Assembly (NCBI GenBank): GCA_005191425.1
Contig: SUPR01000007.1
Coordinates: forward strand, 27,107-59,106
Length of the DNA stretch: 32,000 nucleotides
Direction: 5' to 3'
Source: Candidatus Helarchaeota ASGARD archaeon Hel_GB_B
GTDB lineage: Archaea; Asgardarchaeota; Lokiarchaeia; Helarchaeales; HEL-GB-B
Part shown: piece after piece, positions 26,705 to 32,000 of the stretch
Numbering within the stretch: the stretch's first letter is position 1
How the letters are laid out: every line of letters starts with the position of its first letter
Notes under the pieces: model-generated
What the model was told of the DNA's origin: nothing
Database searches by the model: none
The model's input: the letters and a program-made list of their open reading frames with translations, nothing else
Made by a program: the position numbers and the translations under genes

Positions 26705-27546
26705 ATGAAAGTAAGCAGATTAGCTAATTTAATATTAATTTATTTATTAATGTGGGGAATTGCTGAACTTGTTCCTGATTTAATTTTTGGCGATGCATCT
26801 TCATCCAGTGCTTTAATGTTTACAGTATTTGTACCAGTTCAAGAGCAAGGTGGTCATATTTATTTATTAAACCTCCACTTTAGCACTTTATTTGAATTTT
26901 TAATTCCTGTCATTTTTGCACCAATCATGGTCTGGTTAATCTTTAAAGAAATTAAAAAAGAGAAATCGGAAATTGAAGAAAAATCCAAATATTCTAATTT
27001 TTTAATACACTCTTTTACATATCAATTTTCACTATGGTTGTTGAGCTTGGAATTCATTATGTCGGAGATGCTATTGATACACAATTACAATGGTCTCCTG
27101 AAGATATAGATGGCACAATTACTACATTTCCTAAATTAATTGCTTATTTCTTTGATGAGGTACTCGGGCATAAAATCTTATATGCTAGTATGATGTTAAT
27201 TCTTGTCTGTTTATATATCTTTCAATATTGGCACCCTTTAGATTTAGAAAAAAAAGAAACTAATTATTTAAATACGACATTATTATTTATATATGGTCTA
27301 ATTTATGGAATTGCACTTGCTTTTTCTTTTATGGAAGGCCAGAGTGCTTTTGAATATTTATTTATTTGTCTAATCTTATTGGTATCTACACTAATCCAAG
27401 TATTACGAATAAAAGAAAAATTTACAATTAAAATCAAAAAATATCCCTATTCTATATTTTTTATTGCAATTAATGCTGGTGTTATTCTCGTTCTTTTATT
27501 ATATGTCCCACAAATTGGAAATTCTTATCCTTTCTTTCCTCAATAG
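26705..27546 (+). pseudogene. CLN6-like polytopic membrane protein split by a -1 frameshift at T6 (26998-27003); pseudogene, recoded gene, or sequencing indel
   Basis: The two listed ORFs (26696-27109 and 27034-27546) join through the run AAT TTT TTA into one protein of about 280 aa. It carries YISIF...GIHYVGDAI, YFFDEVLGH and MEGQ motifs. Confidence 0.7.
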
Positions 27547-27681
27547 TCAATTTTGCTAGAAAATTCTTCTATTTTATTTTTTTATTTTTATTTTTATTTT
27601 TACAAAAAAATTACTCCATAATAACTCAAACTTTTTTAACATTTTCTTCTTTTTTATGTCATTTTATTTAAACATCAAAAT

Positions 27682-28146
27682 ATGATGATTGAAATGAATA
27701 AGGATAGCGATGATGAATTACCAAATAATCCAATAGAAGCTCAAGGTTTGTTAATTAAGGCAGTTTATAAAAAATTTGGTGATCAAGCATTATCTGTAAT
27801 CGAAGAAGTATTAGGAAAACAAGGCAAAGCCCTTGGACTTAAATTACGGAATAAAATTCCTGATACTCGGCTTTCTACAGTTGCAAAAGCATTTTCCAAA
27901 AGTTTTAGTCAAGATCTCATCAAAGTTATATCTATTTCTGATAAAAAATTTCATATTACTGGTAATAAGTGTCCATTTGGATTAGAAAATACTTCCCGAA
28001 GTTTGTGTGAGGCGGTGATGGCAATTGACCGCGAATACTTTTGTGCTGCTACTGGAAAAAAGGTCAAACTTCAAATTCTTAAGACAGTAGCTGCCGAAGA
28101 CCCTATTTGTGATACTATTTACTTAATTGAAAATGAAAATAAATAA
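27682..28146 (+). CDS. ATC-hydrolase-like (L-2-amino-thiazoline-4-carboxylate hydrolase / V4R-related fold) protein
   Basis: Helical N-terminus KAVYKKFGDQA...GKQGKALG, then KCPF, LCEAVMAIDREY, and ILKTVAAEDPICD Cys pattern. Confidence 0.65.
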   Translation: MMIEMNKDSDDELPNNPIEAQGLLIKAVYKKFGDQALSVIEEVLGKQGKALGLKLRNKIPDTRLSTVAKAFSKSFSQDLIKVISISDKKFHITGNKCPFGLENTSRSLCEAVMAIDREYFCAATGKKVKLQILKTVAAEDPICDTIYLIENENK

Positions 28147-28277
28147 CCTTCCTTAAATTATCAGATTATATAGTTATTTCTTTTCAATAAAATGAAGGAA
28201 TAAAAAACCTTTTACAAAAATTATCCAATAGAACATTTTTTTTATATTGTAAAAAGGATATAAAAAAATAAAATAAA

Positions 28278-28559
28278 TTATCTAAAGCCAAGTTGATCAG
28301 GTGTGCCAATAACAAAATGATTTGTATTATATGTATCTATAACTTCTTTAACTGTTTTATCAGACCAATTAGAAATTATTGCACCATCTTTGGTAGCTAT
28401 TCCTACCCTTGATGGAACTGGCCTAAAAATTTGCTTGGCTGCTCTTCCGACATAATCTCTCATTAAATCCCCCGTTACACTTGCAATTTTCCATGTTTGG
28501 TTCTCATTAGCTGCATTTTCAAATGTTAAAGTTACAATTTCTTCTTGTTCATTAGTCAT
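28278..28559 (-). CDS. Ubiquitin-like beta-grasp protein resembling UFM1
   Basis: 93 aa with WKIASV, AAKQIFRP, GIATKDGAII, KTVKEV, and a C-terminus PDQLG-FR. GGAG RBS upstream. Confidence 0.75.
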   Translation of the reverse strand: MTNEQEEIVTLTFENAANENQTWKIASVTGDLMRDYVGRAAKQIFRPVPSRVGIATKDGAIISNWSDKTVKEVIDTYNTNHFVIGTPDQLGFR

Positions 28560-28978
28560 ATTAATTCATTCTCCAAACTTTTTTATTGTTGTTATCTAAT
28601 AATACACCATCCTATTTAAAACTTTGATTATATTCATTTTAAAATAATATAAGAAATGGTTATTCTCTTAAATTTTGATTGATTAAATTTATCATATATT
28701 AATACGAATTAATTTAATTTAAATATATCAGTTTTAATAAAATTAAAAAAAATTTTTAAAAAAATTTAGTTTGAAATAGGGTATTAGAAAAAAAATAAGA
28801 CAATTTTAAAACACAAAATCTGGTTAAACAATTTAATATGGACTTAATTATATATTAAGGATATTTACCAATTAAAAGTAGTTTAAAGGATTAAAATTTT
28901 AGTTATTGTTAATAATCTATTTGAAAATAAAAATAATAGGTCTTTTTATATTTAATTTAGGAACAGTCGAGTAATTTG

Positions 28979-30196
28979 TTAGGTTGTATTACTCTTTTTT
29001 TTAGTTACTACTACCATAAACCATTCAATAGTCCCCACGCCATTAAATTTTTTAACAAGTATCCATAATAGAAATATTATTAAAATAGCGAAACCAACCC
29101 ATGCAGGCCATACCAAGATATAATTAAATGTATTTGGAAATAGGAGAATTCCAAAGTGGTGATATATAAATACTGAGAAGGCAATTTTTCCTGTAAACGA
29201 AAATGAATTAAATATCTTGTTGCTTCGCTTTAAATAATCACTATAATAAGCCAATACCGCAAGCATAATAAAATCTGCTCCAAGTGCATAAAACAAATAA
29301 GTCCAATGATTTGGTAAAATAAAATAAGGGAGGCTACTAAAGTTGAAAAACCAAGCTGTGTTCAATTCACTTACATGATGCTGCGCAATTTGATACCATA
29401 ATGAATTTGGGTCTGTTGGAGAACTTGCGCCAAATAATACAGCTATTGTAATAAATGAAATGCCAAAGAAACATAGATAAATTATAAATTTCTTCATTTT
29501 TTCTAAGCCATTTTCATTATCTGAATTATATTTTATTTTATAGAAATATTCTCCGATAATACTCCCAATAAAGGCACAAGCAGACCAGGGTAAAAGTGGA
29601 AAAGCCCAAAAGATGCTTGGAAATGGATAATATAATATATGATCGGCAATTGTACCTCCAACCCCTAAAGAACATAACCAAAGATGTAATGGATAACCTC
29701 CAAATATTATTAAAAAGCTAAGAATGATTCTATAAATTTTATTGATTTGGAGTATATATATCGTGATAATTAAACTGACGCAAATAACTTGAAGGATATA
29801 CCAGCTAAAGAAATCAAACCAATTAACTCCCATATAGCCACCTACTACAAAAGCCATAAAATAATTATATACTACAGAAATTATAAAGAGAACACCTATT
29901 CTTTTAAGCGTATAAATATGGATTTTATGTAAATTCCATCCTGCATCTTTTTTTGAATTAAAACTAATAGCAAGATTTAAGCCAGATAACATTATGAAAT
30001 TTGCGGGCCCAACTGTACTTAAAAAAAAGACATATAACATTTCATACATCCATATATCTGTAGATAATAACCAGCTAGCAGATATATGCCCACCAACTAT
30101 CCAGAAAATTGATATACCCTTTAAAATATCAATAGATTCAATCCTTTCCTTCTTGATTTTTGTAGAATTTTTTAAATTAGTGGTATTAATCGTCAT
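28979..30196 (-). CDS. Multi-pass membrane acyltransferase-like protein (DUF1624/OpgC/HGSNAT catalytic-domain family)
   Basis: N-terminal RIESIDILKGISIF, F..LSG, WYILQVI, FPLLPW, GKIAFSVFIYH, C-terminal GTIEW. About 10 hydrophobic segments. Confidence 0.8.
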   Translation of the reverse strand: MTINTTNLKNSTKIKKERIESIDILKGISIFWIVGGHISASWLLSTDIWMYEMLYVFFLSTVGPANFIMLSGLNLAISFNSKKDAGWNLHKIHIYTLKRIGVLFIISVVYNYFMAFVVGGYMGVNWFDFFSWYILQVICVSLIITIYILQINKIYRIILSFLIIFGGYPLHLWLCSLGVGGTIADHILYYPFPSIFWAFPLLPWSACAFIGSIIGEYFYKIKYNSDNENGLEKMKKFIIYLCFFGISFITIAVLFGASSPTDPNSLWYQIAQHHVSELNTAWFFNFSSLPYFILPNHWTYLFYALGADFIMLAVLAYYSDYLKRSNKIFNSFSFTGKIAFSVFIYHHFGILLFPNTFNYILVWPAWVGFAILIIFLLWILVKKFNGVGTIEWFMVVVTKKKSNTT

Positions 30197-30270
30197 TTTT
30201 CAATTCATTTTTTTATATCTTTAATTCGGAAAAGTACCGACTAAATTAAAAAATTTTATGTTTGAACTTT

Positions 30271-32000
30271 TTAGATTATTTTTACCGTTTTTAGCGGTAA
30301 TTCTAAAATATTTTCGAACTTCACTATGTAATTTATGTTCATATATCTATTGCTCTCTTTTAGAACATCATTTAAAAGCTTAACATAATATTTCATTAAA
30401 TCATCTCCTTTATGCTTATACTCACAGTTCATTATTATCTTCAATATATTTCTATTGTTATGGTCTAAATATATTTTACCACCTCCCTTTAATAATATAA
30501 AATTTAATTTTTCTGGCATCATATTTCTTATTTCGTTGATTTTTCTATCATTTATATCAATATCTCCTTTATTTTTATACAATTTTAGTGAATAAGCCCA
30601 GTCCATTGCAATCATTCTTGATATTATGAAATATAGGTCGTTCATTACACTTATAAAATTCTCTATCGTATATTTGAGTTCCATAGTTTTCCTAATTTTC
30701 TTAAAATAAGTCGGCATTCTCTTTTTAATCCCCCATTTTATAAAATTCTCGTATTCTATGACTTCTTTTTCCTTTTTTAGGACCTTAAGTTTCAGGGTCT
30801 TTATGACGATTTTAAGGTTATTTTTATTGATTTTATAATTCTTAGTCAGATTATACTGGGCTTCCAGCGTACTATTTAACCTTTTCAGGTCGTTTTTTGC
30901 TCTTTTTAGTTTCTTATTGTAATTTTCAAGCTCATTACCCACCGGTATTTTTATAATATTACCTAATTTTGTTTTTTGGACTTTTTTCTCATTTAATCTC
31001 CAGCAAAATATCCTGTTTCCATTTATTTCTTTTTTTCTTTTAAAAAAGTCCTCTATTTGTTTCTCTTTTTTCAACATAAGCACAATCTCTACTGGACTTG
31101 CTACATCCTTTTTTATACTGGTGAAAATCATTAATTTCTCGTTGTTCCGTTTCTTTAATATAATAGACCTAATATCTCCATAATCTTCGAAATAAAAATT
31201 ATGGTCTTTTATTTTATATATATAATCTCCTTCCTTATATTTATCATGTTTTCGTTTTCTATCTAAATTTCTTAATAATTCCCTTATTACTTCTTTATTT
31301 ATATATTTGTTTATGAATATCTTTTCTTCCTTCTCTTTTTCACTGAGATTTGATAACTCAATATCTTTAGCCCTATCTTTTAATAATTTCTTAAGTCCTA
31401 CATAAAAGCTCTGATATTTCATATTATGAATATTTTTTAATTTATTTAAAATAGTTTTATAATTAACAGCCCAGCATATAAAGTCGATACCTCTATTAAC
31501 AAGCTCTTTAACTGTAGATAAACTTTTGACCCCCCTGTCAAATATTAGTATCGATGGTACTTTACTAAAAGTTTGGACAAACTCATCAATTAACGGTAAA
31601 AATTCAGGCTCAATTCTTGTGCTCCCATCTTTTGATACACTAAACACCGGGAGCTTAAAGTAAGCAGAAGTGAGAAAATATCTGTAAAACCCACCAGCGA
31701 AATTATTACCTGTACCTGATTTTCCTTTTGATAGTTTTTTAGTGCCTTGATACTTAATAAAGTTCTCATCTACATGTAAGCATAAATAAACATATTTATT
31801 TAAGTTTAAAACATAGGAATAGACTAACTTCCTAAATTTAGATACGATTCCATCAGTTAATTGCATTTTCAAAAATTTTAATAAAGTACTATCGGATGGC
31901 TTCGTTAATGAATTGATTAAAACTGAGAACTCTTTTGAATTTACATTGTTAAATAGTAATAGGCTTTTAACTTTTGTGAAATTCAGAAAATAAAAGCATA
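30271..32000 (-). mobile_element. DDE transposase (IS4/IS1634-like superfamily), 5'-truncated by the window edge
   Basis: The frame is open from the window end (CFYFLNFTKVKSLL...KPSDSTLLKFLKMQL). Candidate triad HVDEN / IFDRG / KQIEDFFK. Lys-rich, with a coiled-coil insertion after the catalytic Glu. Confidence 0.75.

Noticed and set aside
28979-30196. HGSNAT-like gene near the CLN6-like gene as a lysosome-type module
   Set aside because: DUF1624/HGSNAT-domain proteins are widespread in prokaryotes, so the link to lysosomal biology is probably coincidental.
29994-30224. 76-aa ORF on the plus strand
   Set aside because: Antisense shadow of the acyltransferase 5' end.
1-32000. CRISPR array, rRNA, or attL/attR-type tRNA duplication
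   Set aside because: I saw no regularly spaced 25-40 bp repeats with unique spacers, no long GC-rich structured RNA, and no second copy of either tRNA 3' end.

Overview
Very AT-rich archaeal chromosomal DNA, most likely from an Asgard archaeon (Loki/Helarchaeia-like). This assignment is inferred from the gene set, not from a phylogeny. The housekeeping and metabolic content is a PfkB kinase, PIG-L deacetylase, orphan receiver protein plus GvpD/KaiC-like ATPase, phosphohexomutase, LLM oxidoreductase, a complete archaeal ACDS/CODH operon (cdhABCDE), a tungsten-type AOR, an RbgA/Lsg1-type GTPase, a GNAT, a DUF1624-type membrane acyltransferase and an edge-truncated DDE transposase. There are two tRNAs: an intron-containing initiator Met and Ala-CGC. 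The most striking signals are: (1) a stand-alone beta-grasp protein that aligns by eye with eukaryotic UFM1, including the single C-terminal Gly plus a 2-residue extension; (2) a chromosomal ParM/StbA-like actin followed by a protein with an alpha-SNAP-like solenoid; (3) a CLN6-like membrane protein split by a -1 frameshift exactly at an in-register U-UUU-UUA heptamer; (4) a 35-aa ORF absent from the supplied track, lying inside the ACDS operon, that repeats a motif shared by the CdhC C-terminus and CdhD N-terminus; (5) a divergent EF-2 paralog with a non-canonical diphthamide loop, head-to-head with the ribosome-biogenesis GTPase. All homology calls were made by eye against remembered family sequences, and no searches were run.
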